Origin: Escherichia coli
GTDB taxonomy: Bacteria; Pseudomonadota; Gammaproteobacteria; Enterobacterales; Enterobacteriaceae
Reading direction: 5' to 3' (one strand)
DNA: 64,000 nucleotides
Assembly: GCF_045037415.1 (NCBI RefSeq)
Contig: NZ_CP173438.1
In this document: positions 1 through 8,669 of the stretch, piece after piece
Layout of the letters: the number at the start of each line of letters is the position of its first letter
Position numbering within the stretch: position 1 is the stretch's first letter
Notes under the pieces: model-generated
What the model saw: only the letters and a program-made list of their open reading frames with translations
Databases searched by the model: none
What the model was told of the DNA's origin: nothing
Translations under genes and position numbers: made by a program

Positions 1-633
1 CTGCGCGCTGCATTGCGGGATTTGTCTGGTGGTTCTAAGGGGCAACTGGAAGCATTGTGTGAGCACCCACCGGCAGACAAAAACGCATACCCACGCAAAC
101 ATATTCACCGTGTGCAGCTGGAGGACCGGACCGTTGATGCTCTGGTTACGCCAGTTTACGCTCTGGAAAGTTTCAGCAGACGTCGCCCCGCGCCGCCGAT
201 GAGTGATTTTGAATTTGCTGATTCATCCTGGCGGCGTTCTGTGAACTCGCTGGATGCAAGTCAGCAAGCGTGGTTGCGTTATTGCTACGGTGGTAACCTG
301 GCATTCAAACACCAAACAGCTATTTGTGAGGCTGTCTGGAGTCGCTATAAAGGAAACATCCCCGCGTCAACTCAGAGAAAAGTAGTTAAGCGCCTGCTTT
401 CGTTGGTGTGGTTGTCCGTGCAGGCGGTCGCAGCAGCAAATAAACGCGAGGATTTTAAGGAGATGGCCGGATCTACCCTAGCAGGAATGCTGTCGGTTTC
501 TCGTTCCACCTGGTGCGAAACATACTCCCTGCACTGGGTAGGAATGAAAGAGGCGGTGAGAGCACTTGATGAAGTGGCACTTCTTGCAACTTTGCATCAT
601 TATCAGAACCATTTAGACGACGTTTGCGTATAA
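1..633 (+). CDS. hypothetical phage protein, 5' end outside window (frame open from position 1); sits where lambdoid phages encode the Q antiterminator but I cannot support that by sequence
   Basis: ORF track 13..633 (TTG at 13) with the same frame open to window start; immediately upstream of putative late promoter and lysis genes. Confidence 0.4.
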   Translation: MRAALRDLSGGSKGQLEALCEHPPADKNAYPRKHIHRVQLEDRTVDALVTPVYALESFSRRRPAPPMSDFEFADSSWRRSVNSLDASQQAWLRYCYGGNLAFKHQTAICEAVWSRYKGNIPASTQRKVVKRLLSLVWLSVQAVAAANKREDFKEMAGSTLAGMLSVSRSTWCETYSLHWVGMKEAVRALDEVALLATLHHYQNHLDDVCV

Positions 634-664
634 TGCTTGCAAAAACGAACAAAATAGGCCATAT

Positions 665-693
665 TTGACGCTAATTTGGTATGTTGCCAAATT
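665..693 (+). promoter_or_regulatory. putative late promoter resembling lambda pR' (-35 TTGACG, 17-nt spacer, -10 CAAATT)
   Basis: TTGACG at 665-670 and CAAATT at 688-693; lambda pR' has TTGACT/TAAATT as I recall. Confidence 0.3.
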
Positions 694-701
694 TCTAAGA
701 A

Positions 702-728
702 CCTCGCCACGGCGGGGTTTTGTCGTTT
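702..728 (+). terminator. putative tR'-like intrinsic terminator (short GC hairpin CCTCG..CGGGG followed by TTTTGTCGTTT)
   Basis: Hairpin plus T-rich tract read directly; located between the putative late promoter and the first lysis gene. Confidence 0.3.
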
Positions 729-745
729 CTGAATCAGGAAAAATC

Positions 746-1129
746 ATGTCTGAACCTCTAACCGCTGGCGTTGCTGCTGGCTCGGCGGGGGTGACGTTTG
801 CTGCGTTATTTCCTGAGGCAACACCTGCAGTGATGATCTGTGCGCTGGCAGGCGCAGCTCTCTATGTGTTGTCGTCCGGGCAGCATCGATTCTGGAAGCA
901 GGTTATTTTCGCACTCATTTCGTTTGTTGGCGGTGTGTATTGCGCTGAGACAGCGTCAGCCATCATTACCGGTATTCTGAACGCGGTGCTGAGTCACCTG
1001 AACCCTCCCGTAACAGTAAAAGTCTCTCCCGCCATTGGTGCACTGGTTGCATCAGTAATCAGCGTTACATCACTGTTGCGGATCATGTCACAAGCTCGTT
1101 TATGGAAATCAGATAAGGGGATGAAATAA
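746..1129 (+). CDS. putative holin / lysis membrane protein (127 aa, hydrophobic segments)
   Basis: ATG at 746 preceded by AGGAAA; ORF track frame 665..1129; hydrophobic TM-like stretches; first gene of lysis cassette. Confidence 0.4.
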   Translation: MSEPLTAGVAAGSAGVTFAALFPEATPAVMICALAGAALYVLSSGQHRFWKQVIFALISFVGGVYCAETASAIITGILNAVLSHLNPPVTVKVSPAIGALVASVISVTSLLRIMSQARLWKSDKGMK

Positions 1130-1401
1130 TGACCCTGCACTCTGTCCTCATCAATGCCAATGCAATTATTTGTCTGATGTTGGCACTACGGTTGATGTTT
1201 TTTCAAAAAACAGGCCGCTATCGTTTTTTCATCTCACTAACTGCTTACCTCGCGATTCTGTCTGCTGCGTGGATAGCCCTACGAATTTTTTACGGGAAAT
1301 ATACGCAGGTTGATCCCGCAGAGTTCTTTCTCAACCTCACCATCTGTATTGCTGTCTGGCGGGCACGAGGGAATATTTCAAAAATAACAGGAGACAGGTA
1401 A
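1129..1401 (+). CDS. putative holin-like small membrane protein (90 aa)
   Basis: ORF track; 2-3 hydrophobic helices; start overlaps stop of previous gene (ATGA). Confidence 0.4.
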   Translation: MTLHSVLINANAIICLMLALRLMFFQKTGRYRFFISLTAYLAILSAAWIALRIFYGKYTQVDPAEFFLNLTICIAVWRARGNISKITGDR

Positions 1402-1880
1402 TGACGGATCCTAAATGGCTAATCGAGGCTCGAAAAAACCTCGGCATTCGGGAAATGAAAGGGAAGCAACATGCTGCAGAAATTGTGCAGTACTGGAAAG
1501 ATATCAAACGCGGCGGCATTAAGGATGACGAAACACCGTGGTGCGCTGCTTTCACCGGGGCAATGCTGGAACGTGCGGGTATTCGCTCAACGCGTTTTGA
1601 GTCTGCGAATTCTTATCTCGATTGGGGTAATGAACTGAAGGAACCCGCCTATGGATGCATTGCTATTCTGTCTCGGTCTGGCGGTGGTCACGTCGGCTTT
1701 GTTGTCGGGAAAAATGCCGCCGGGGATTTAATGATTTTGGGGGGCAACCAGGCAGATGAAGTAAATATCAAAGCTTTTCCTCGTTCCCGCGTAACAGGCT
1801 ACCGCTGGCCAGCAGGTCAAACGGATGTTCCACAATCACTTCCATTGGTGAATGCTGAGAAATCTATCTCAGAAGCGTAG
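1401..1880 (+). CDS. putative endolysin (cysteine-peptidase/CHAP-like type found in place of lysozyme in some enterobacterial prophages)
   Basis: 159-aa ORF coupled to the two membrane proteins; sequence pattern recalled from TIGR02594-type prophage lysis proteins; position in cassette. Confidence 0.5.
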   Translation: MTDPKWLIEARKNLGIREMKGKQHAAEIVQYWKDIKRGGIKDDETPWCAAFTGAMLERAGIRSTRFESANSYLDWGNELKEPAYGCIAILSRSGGGHVGFVVGKNAAGDLMILGGNQADEVNIKAFPRSRVTGYRWPAGQTDVPQSLPLVNAEKSISEA

Positions 1881-1887
1881 GTAAAAC

Positions 1888-2082
1888 GTGAAAAAACTTC
1901 TCTTAGCTGTCGCGTTCTTCACGCTGGCAGGCTGCACACATTCGACATACACCGAAGCGACTCGCGCTGACGGCAGCAGTATTAAACACGTGATGATCGC
2001 GCCGGGTACGAAGATTACTACTGCGAACGGTGGTTGTATTGATTCAACCGGGGCAGAGGCTTCATGCCTTGGTGGAAAATAG
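1888..2082 (+). CDS. small lipoprotein (64 aa, lipobox LAGC), possible spanin-type lysis accessory protein
   Basis: Signal peptide MKKLLLAVAFFTLAGC; last gene of lysis cassette. Confidence 0.45.
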   Translation: MKKLLLAVAFFTLAGCTHSTYTEATRADGSSIKHVMIAPGTKITTANGGCIDSTGAEASCLGGK

Positions 2083-2141
2083 GGTAATTTACTTTAACGA
2101 GAGGCCGCCTTTTTGTTTTAAGGCGGCACACATTCAACAGA

Positions 2142-2402
2142 TTAAGGTAACTGATTTGACCATTTTGTTGCGCGCCAGTTGTTCTGAACCATAATCTTCT
2201 GAAGTATCTCATCTGAAGGCTCTGCTTCGCCGCTTAGCCATTCTCTTAAAGTTGAACAATTTAGATAAGAGGAGTTCGCACGATAAAAAGATACGATGGC
2301 GTCCTCTGATAACTTCTCAGGAAACTTTTTTGGGTCAGCTTCTTTTAATATTACGCTCATTAAGGCTTCAATTTTTTCTCTGTTCATTTTTTGCGTTCTC
2401 AT
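2142..2402 (-). CDS. hypothetical moron protein (81-86 aa) on opposite strand in AT-rich island; weak resemblance to DinI-family proteins
   Basis: ORF track; alternative ATG at 2387; low GC surroundings; antisense to late operon. Confidence 0.45.
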   Translation of the reverse strand: MRTQKMNREKIEALMSVILKEADPKKFPEKLSEDAIVSFYRANSSYLNCSTLREWLSGEAEPSDEILQKIMVQNNWRATKWSNQLP

Positions 2403-2755
2403 GGTTGTTGTTTTTCTGTAATGATATCAATAAGTTCAAGATATATACATATATGGAAAACTTGTTCGGTAGTCTATCGATACAGCACAAAAGGATGGCT
2501 CGCTGCCAAAGTGAAAGCTTACGCTGATAATCAGATACACAAAGCTGATGTATGCAAACAAGTACGCCGCGAGGCTACAGTTGAGTTTGATGAACCTGAT
2601 GCGAGCCCCTAATTCCTGTCCTGAAAGGGAGATAGCCCCCTGGTCGCGGGTCCTTTCCGAAATCCAAAACACCGAGGGTCGGTAGACGCGCAAAAACTCG
2701 CTCGTTTTTAGTATTTTTTCATTTTGGGTATTTCCGGTTCCGGTGAGGATTTTTA

Positions 2756-3322
2756 ATGGCAAGTCAGGCTGAGGTTGCAGCACATTTACTGCTATCTGAT
2801 CGTCGTCTGCGCGATCTCGCAAAACTTCCGGGAGCACCAGTCCCACAAGGACGTGGTGATTGGGAGCTAGACGCATGGCGCCATTTTTATATTCGTTATC
2901 TCCGGAGCAATAGACGCGACACAACTAGTAATGACGAACCGGAAGCGGGGGACAATTCTCCCGAAAAAAATCGCGAGCAGTGGCTGAAAAATGAGGAACG
3001 ACAGGAGCGAATCCTGATGGCACGAGTAAAACGCCGCATTCTCGCTAAACGCTACGCGCCAATTGAATTAATTAGCGTCGCTGTATCTCGCGTCGCCGTT
3101 GAATTACGTACCCGCGTCGAGTCGTGGCCACCACGCCTGAAAAAGGTCTGGCCGGAGATGCCGCAAGAGGCGAGCAGTGTATTACGAGAGGAGCTGGCGA
3201 TAGCCTTAAATGAGTTGTCAGACATACGAATCGACTTCAGCGATTACGATGTCAGCGATATCGAACGCGATCTCGACAGGGTTGAATCCCTTGCGCGTGA
3301 CGATACCGATGACGGGTGTTGA
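2756..3322 (+). CDS. terminase small subunit (Nu1-like)
   Basis: 188-aa ORF immediately upstream of and overlapping the large terminase; position and size. Confidence 0.6.
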   Translation: MASQAEVAAHLLLSDRRLRDLAKLPGAPVPQGRGDWELDAWRHFYIRYLRSNRRDTTSNDEPEAGDNSPEKNREQWLKNEERQERILMARVKRRILAKRYAPIELISVAVSRVAVELRTRVESWPPRLKKVWPEMPQEASSVLREELAIALNELSDIRIDFSDYDVSDIERDLDRVESLARDDTDDGC

Positions 3323-5171
3323 GTGGGCTGATAAATATTTTTATCTCCCTGAGGGCTCCAGCCACATCGCTGGGCACTGGACGACTCAGCCGGTCCAGGT
3401 AGTGATGCTCAATATGATGACGAACGACGCGATAAAAATCGTGTCTGTTCGCAAATCAGCTCGTCTCGGTTATACAAAAATACTCGTCGCGGCGCTGCTC
3501 TATTTCGCTGAGCACAAAAAACGTAGTGCCGTGGTCTATCAGCCTATCGATGACGAATCGGATGGATTTGTCGCCGACGAGGTTGACCCCGCTATCGCCG
3601 AAATGCCAGTGATTCAGAAAATTTTCCCCGACTGGGATAAAAGCAACGAGCGTAACAATCTCCAGCGTAAAGAAATGAGCGGCGCGATTCTTGATTTTCG
3701 CGGCGCGAGTGCACCAGGAAATTTCCGGCGACTAACGAAACAGGTTGTCGAGGGTGACGAAGTTGACGGCTGGCCGCTGGAAGTTGCCAAAAAAGGCAAA
3801 GGCGAGGGCTCGCCCATCGAACTGGCGCTCGTTCGAATTAAAGGGGCAGCGTACCCGAAGGCGATTTTTGGTTCGACGCCGACCGTTACCGGCAAAAGTC
3901 ATATCGAAATGCTCGAAGACGCTGCCGATCTGACGTTTCGTTTTTACCTGACATGTCCGCATTGTGGCGAGGAGCAGGTCCTGGTATTTGGTTTCGACGG
4001 TATCGAATACGGCCTCAAATGGGATAACAGCCTGCAGACCAATGAGGCGAAATCGTCGTCCGCGTATTACCAGTGCTGCCACTGCCCGGAACATTTTTAC
4101 TATCGCGATCTCGAAAAAATGGAGTTCGGGGGGCGCTGGATAGCCGAGGACTGCACCTGGACCCGAGACGGCATTCATTTTTTTGATCATGACGGTGGCG
4201 TCGTTCGCGCGCCGAAACACGCTGCGATCGTGATAAACGCCCTGTATTCACTAAACCTCGATGGATGGGGCGAGATTGTCAGCGAGTGGCTGAAAGCGAA
4301 AGGCGACCCGCTCAAGGAAAAGACGTTTCATAACACGACGCTCGGCGAACTCTGGAGCGACGTGGCCAGCGAGCAGCTGGAGCACGATATTCTGGTTAAT
4401 CGCCGGGAAAAATACGCCAGCCAGGTTCCTGACGGTGTTGTTTATATAACCGGCGGCATCGACTCTCAGACGTCCGGGCGCTACGAGTGTTATGTGTGGG
4501 GCTGGGGAGCCGAGGAGGAGTGCTGGCTGATTGATAAAACAATCGTCCTCGGTCGCTACGACGAGGAGGACACGCTGCAGCGCGTCGACGGAGTGATTCG
4601 CAAACAATACCGGCGCAGCGACGGGACCACAATCGGCGTCAGTCGCTGGGCGTGGGATACCGGTGGTATAGATGCGCAGGTCGTTTATAACCGCTCGCTG
4701 AAACTCGGTCCGCTGTGGGTCATTCCAATCAAGGGCGCGAGCTCATACGGCCAGCCGGTCGTAAATATGCCTCGTACCCGTAACGCGAATAAAGTGTATT
4801 TGTCGTTGATTGGGACAGATACAGCGAAAGACCTGCTCGCAATGCGCCTGCAGCTGGAACCCGACTCCAAATCGGCGACACCAGGTGCGATTCATTTTCC
4901 CAACGACGACGAAATATTCAGCACGACAGAGGCAAAACAGCTCGTCTCCGAGGTTCTGATCCCGAAACTCATTAACGGTCGCGTCGTTTATCGTTGGGAC
5001 AACCAGGGCCGGCGAAATGAGGCGCTCGACTGCTGGGTGTACGGACTGGCAGCGCTGCGTATCAGTAAAATTCGTTTCCAGCTCAATCTCGAGACGCTCG
5101 CTGAGCAACGGAAAAAATCACAAAACAAACTGTCTCTCGAGGAGATGGCCAGAATGCTCGGAGGGAGCTAA
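3210..5171 (+). CDS. terminase large subunit (lambda gpA-like)
   Basis: Recalled similarity to lambda gpA, e.g. AVEWAD.. and ACPHCGEEQ motifs (here TCPHCGEEQ), GSTP.V.G. Confidence 0.9.
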   Translation: MSCQTYESTSAITMSAISNAISTGLNPLRVTIPMTGVEWADKYFYLPEGSSHIAGHWTTQPVQVVMLNMMTNDAIKIVSVRKSARLGYTKILVAALLYFAEHKKRSAVVYQPIDDESDGFVADEVDPAIAEMPVIQKIFPDWDKSNERNNLQRKEMSGAILDFRGASAPGNFRRLTKQVVEGDEVDGWPLEVAKKGKGEGSPIELALVRIKGAAYPKAIFGSTPTVTGKSHIEMLEDAADLTFRFYLTCPHCGEEQVLVFGFDGIEYGLKWDNSLQTNEAKSSSAYYQCCHCPEHFYYRDLEKMEFGGRWIAEDCTWTRDGIHFFDHDGGVVRAPKHAAIVINALYSLNLDGWGEIVSEWLKAKGDPLKEKTFHNTTLGELWSDVASEQLEHDILVNRREKYASQVPDGVVYITGGIDSQTSGRYECYVWGWGAEEECWLIDKTIVLGRYDEEDTLQRVDGVIRKQYRRSDGTTIGVSRWAWDTGGIDAQVVYNRSLKLGPLWVIPIKGASSYGQPVVNMPRTRNANKVYLSLIGTDTAKDLLAMRLQLEPDSKSATPGAIHFPNDDEIFSTTEAKQLVSEVLIPKLINGRVVYRWDNQGRRNEALDCWVYGLAALRISKIRFQLNLETLAEQRKKSQNKLSLEEMARMLGGS

Positions 5172-5404
5172 TGACGTCGCGCGAGGTTTTAACAGAACGA
5201 CTGCTGGAAGCGGAAATCGCTCTGCACAAATTATTAACGGGTAAATCGACCGTGTCGCTGTCTCACGGCGATTCAGCAGGAAATAACCGGAGCTATCAAT
5301 ACTCGCAGGCGAGTATTGAGCAGCTCCGAACGTACATTATCGAGCTGAAATCACAGCTCGGTCTGAGTACGGGACGCCGTCGGCCCGTGGGAGTTCGATT
5401 ATGA
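5171..5404 (+). CDS. head-tail joining protein (lambda gpW-like)
   Basis: 77 aa; LH.L.TGK and Y..EL..Q.G pattern like lambda W; position between terminase and portal. Confidence 0.75.
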   Translation: MTSREVLTERLLEAEIALHKLLTGKSTVSLSHGDSAGNNRSYQYSQASIEQLRTYIIELKSQLGLSTGRRRPVGVRL

Positions 5405-6975
5405 CTGCTCCGCAGCAGCTGCTCGGGCCTGACGGTAAAACGCCACTACGCCGTTACGCGGGGTATAACGGCGGCGGTCCCGGTTTCGGTGGCCAGCTGA
5501 TTGACTGGAACGCACCACAGCAGAGCGCCGACGCAGCACTGTTGCCGAATTTTTATCGCGGTAACGCGCGAGCAGACGATCTCGTTCGCAATAACGGCGT
5601 CGCGTCGAACGCCGTGCAGCTGCACCAGGATCATATCGTCGGCAATCTGTTTAAGTTGAGTTATCGCCCTAACTGGCGTTACCTCGGCATATCTCGCGAG
5701 GACGCCAGGGCGCTGGCGCGTGACGTCGAGGTAGCGTGGACTGAATACGCCGAGGACCCTCACTGCACGATTGATATCGAGCGGAAACGGACGTTCACAA
5801 TGATGATCCGCGAGGGCGTGGCTACTCACGCTTTCAACGGTGAAACCTGCGTACAACCAGTCTGGGAGAGTAGTGCCGGCAGCGTTTTTCGGACGCGATT
5901 CAAAATGGTCTCACCGAAACGGATTCGAAATCCGGGTTACGCAGCTGACACTCAATTTCGCCGCGCCGGTGTTGATATCGATAAAAACGGGGCCGCGGTC
6001 GGGTACTGGATAGCCGAGGATACTTACCCTCTCGGCGGAGTCGGTAAATGCCGGCGTATCCCAGCACAGCTCAGCAGCGGCAGACACGCATTCATCCACA
6101 TATTCGAGCCGCTCGAGGACGGACAGACCCGCGGGGACAATATTTTTTACAGCGTCATGGAGCGCCTGAAAATGCTCGACACACTGCAGCAAACACAACT
6201 GCAGAGCGCCATTGTGAAGGCGATGTATGCCGCGACAATCGAATCAGAGCTCGACAGCCAGCAGGCGTTTGAATATATCGCCGGCGCGGGTACTGATATC
6301 GACTCGAACCCGCTGAATTCGTTTATTCAGAGTTACGTGACGTACTACAACGGCGCAAATATCAAGCTCGGTGGTGTGAAAGTTCCCCACCTGCATCCCG
6401 GCGACAAACTCAGTTTACAGACCGCTCAGAATGCTGATGCTGGTTTTAGTTCACTGGAAAAATCACTCCTGCGTTACGTTGCAGCTGGCGTTGGCGCGTC
6501 ATACGAAGAACTTAGCCGGGACTACAGCCAGGTCAGTTACTCCAGCGCCCGGGCCAGTGCTAACGTCAGCTGGCGATTTTTCATGGGGCGTCGACGTTTT
6601 ATCGCCGCGCGACAGGCGTCGCTGATGTTCTGCTGCTGGTTTGAAGAGGCGCTGGCACGCGGAATTATCACCCTGCCACGCTCAGCTGTCCGGTCGTTTT
6701 ATGAGGCGCGGAACTCCTGGACGAACGCGCTCTGGATCGGCGCTGGTCGCATGGCGATTGATGGGCTGAAAGAGGTTCAGGAGAGCGCCATGCGCATCAC
6801 AACTGGCCTCAGCACGTATCAGAACGAACTGGCGCTGCAGGGACAGGATTACGAGGAGGTTATGGAGCAGCAGGAATACGAAATTCAGCGCCGGCGTGAA
6901 ATGGGGCTGAGCGAACCGTCATGGTCTGTATCTCACCCCTCAAATACCAACGATAACGGCTGGGGAGGTAACTGA
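5401..6975 (+). CDS. portal protein (lambda gpB-like)
   Basis: 524 aa, position after W, size. Confidence 0.9.
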   Translation: MTAPQQLLGPDGKTPLRRYAGYNGGGPGFGGQLIDWNAPQQSADAALLPNFYRGNARADDLVRNNGVASNAVQLHQDHIVGNLFKLSYRPNWRYLGISREDARALARDVEVAWTEYAEDPHCTIDIERKRTFTMMIREGVATHAFNGETCVQPVWESSAGSVFRTRFKMVSPKRIRNPGYAADTQFRRAGVDIDKNGAAVGYWIAEDTYPLGGVGKCRRIPAQLSSGRHAFIHIFEPLEDGQTRGDNIFYSVMERLKMLDTLQQTQLQSAIVKAMYAATIESELDSQQAFEYIAGAGTDIDSNPLNSFIQSYVTYYNGANIKLGGVKVPHLHPGDKLSLQTAQNADAGFSSLEKSLLRYVAAGVGASYEELSRDYSQVSYSSARASANVSWRFFMGRRRFIAARQASLMFCCWFEEALARGIITLPRSAVRSFYEARNSWTNALWIGAGRMAIDGLKEVQESAMRITTGLSTYQNELALQGQDYEEVMEQQEYEIQRRREMGLSEPSWSVSHPSNTNDNGWGGN

Positions 6976-8282
6976 TGCCGTGGAACAATTTTCCGCACCT
7001 CGCCGCCAGGGCGTTCAATCAACCGCTTTTGCTGGAGCCCACCTACGCGCGGGTATTTTTTTCGGCGCTGAGCGACCGGTTCGGTACCGGGCGACTGATT
7101 GATACAGCGTCTGGAGAGGTAATGAACAGCGACGAAATGAACGCGCTCGCGATGGGGTGGGACAGCAGCGAGCGAACACGCCAGAAATCGTATCGCGTGG
7201 AGCGTGGTATAGCCGTTCTGCCGGTTACCGGGACGCTGGTTCATAAATTGGGTTATATCAACCCAGTTAGCGGGATGAGCGGTTACAACGGAATCGCAAA
7301 ACGCCTGCAGCAGGCGATTTCTGATCCCGATGTAAGAGGGGTCCTGCTTGATATTGACTCCCCTGGCGGTGAAGTCGCCGGCGCGTTTGATACTGCTGAT
7401 TTAATCGCCCGGGCGCGAGAGCAAAAACCTGTGTGGGCGCTGGCCAGCGATACGGCCTGCAGCGCTGCCTATTTGCTGGCGTCAGCGTGTTCGCGCCGGC
7501 TGATAACGCAGACAGGCACAGTTGGTTCAATCGGTGTCCTGATGGCTCACCGCTGCGTCGAAAAAGCGCTGGAGATTGCTGGCGTCGACGTGACGCTGAT
7601 TTACGCCGGCGCGCACAAAGTTGACGGGAACCCGTATTCCCAGCTGCCAGGCGACGTTCGCGACGAATTCCAGCTGAGTATTAACAGCACGCGCGAGCAG
7701 TTCGCGCAAAAAGTCTCGGATTATACCGGGCTGAAAAAATCCAGGGTGCTGGCCACGGAAGCTGCAGTATTTATCGGCGCGGACGCGATTAAATCTGGTC
7801 TCGCTGATCAACTCGTTAATTACGCGGACGCTATCGCAGTGATGGCCGACGCACTGAAACCAAAAATGGAGCGCTTTATGTCTGGTACAGAAACCACGGC
7901 GGAGACCACGACCACAGAACAAACCGCGACCACGACTACTGTCGCGCAGGTTGAGTTTAACACGGAGCAGATTCGCGCGGACGCCGCATCAAGCGAACTG
8001 GCGCGTGTGATGGCCATCATCAATTGTCCCGAAGCTGTTGGGCGCGAGGCGCAGGCAAAAGCGCTCGCTGGCGTCCCCGGGATGACGGTCGGGCAGGCGC
8101 AGGTAGTCCTCGCTGCAGCACCTAAAACGGCGCAGGCGCGGACAGAAACGGCGCTCGATACACTAATGAGCACTGAATCACCAGCGACTATTCAGGATGC
8201 TGGCAGTACTACGGCAACAGGAACAACCGCAAACGTCTCGATGCTGGTTGCTGCAGGGCGTTCAATTTTAGGGGATGAATAA
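6975..8282 (+). CDS. head maturation protease / scaffold (lambda gpC-like, S49 peptidase family)
   Basis: 435 aa; SppA/S49-like core (..DSPGGEV..) and position. Confidence 0.85.
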   Translation: MPWNNFPHLAARAFNQPLLLEPTYARVFFSALSDRFGTGRLIDTASGEVMNSDEMNALAMGWDSSERTRQKSYRVERGIAVLPVTGTLVHKLGYINPVSGMSGYNGIAKRLQQAISDPDVRGVLLDIDSPGGEVAGAFDTADLIARAREQKPVWALASDTACSAAYLLASACSRRLITQTGTVGSIGVLMAHRCVEKALEIAGVDVTLIYAGAHKVDGNPYSQLPGDVRDEFQLSINSTREQFAQKVSDYTGLKKSRVLATEAAVFIGADAIKSGLADQLVNYADAIAVMADALKPKMERFMSGTETTAETTTTEQTATTTTVAQVEFNTEQIRADAASSELARVMAIINCPEAVGREAQAKALAGVPGMTVGQAQVVLAAAPKTAQARTETALDTLMSTESPATIQDAGSTTATGTTANVSMLVAAGRSILGDE

Positions 8283-8611
8283 TGACTACAGAAACGTATA
8301 GCCCGGACGATTTTATTCTTGGGCCTGACCTTGTTGTCACGACCGTCGGTCATTTTCAGGGCGGGATCAACGTACCCCGGCTGACACCGATTATGCTCGA
8401 CGCTACTGTCGGGACGTTTAAGGTTTGGGACGGCTCAGTCGGTAAAGCTATTGGCCTCACTGCCACCGCAGTTAATACTGGCTCCAGTTCTGCAGACTGC
8501 TCGTACTATAAATCAGGCTCGTTCCGTTACACGGCGATTAACTGGGGTACGGTTACCGACGTAGCTAAACGCAAATCAGCATTTGCGGGTACGCCGATCA
8601 GCGTCGGCTGA
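8282..8611 (+). CDS. head decoration protein (lambda gpD-like)
   Basis: 109 aa; pattern ..TP.MLD....W DG... FYKSG.FRY.... FAGT.IS like lambda D. Confidence 0.75.
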   Translation: MTTETYSPDDFILGPDLVVTTVGHFQGGINVPRLTPIMLDATVGTFKVWDGSVGKAIGLTATAVNTGSSSADCSYYKSGSFRYTAINWGTVTDVAKRKSAFAGTPISVG

Positions 8612-8632
8612 TAGCAAAAAACTCAAAACAAG

Positions 8633-8653
8633 CCGCCTCCGGGCGGTTTTTTT
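8633..8653 (+). terminator. hairpin plus T7 between decoration and capsid genes (intra-operon intrinsic terminator/attenuator)
   Basis: CCGCC-TCCG-GGCGG followed by TTTTTTT. Confidence 0.4.
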
Positions 8654-8669
8654 ATAACAGGATATATAA

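Noticed and set aside
1-633. Calling the partial upstream ORF the Q antiterminator by name
   Set aside because: Only positional evidence. I could not match the sequence to Q families I can recall, so it is listed as hypothetical.
2104-2130. GGCCGCC...GGCGGC palindrome after the lysis lipoprotein gene as a terminator
   Set aside because: The T-run lies in the loop rather than after the stem on either strand, so it is not a canonical intrinsic terminator. Kept only as context for the moron finding.
3614-4632. Several minus-strand ORFs (62-162 aa) inside the terminase gene
   Set aside because: Overlap the well-supported large terminase on the opposite strand. Arg-rich, low-complexity translations typical of antisense frames.
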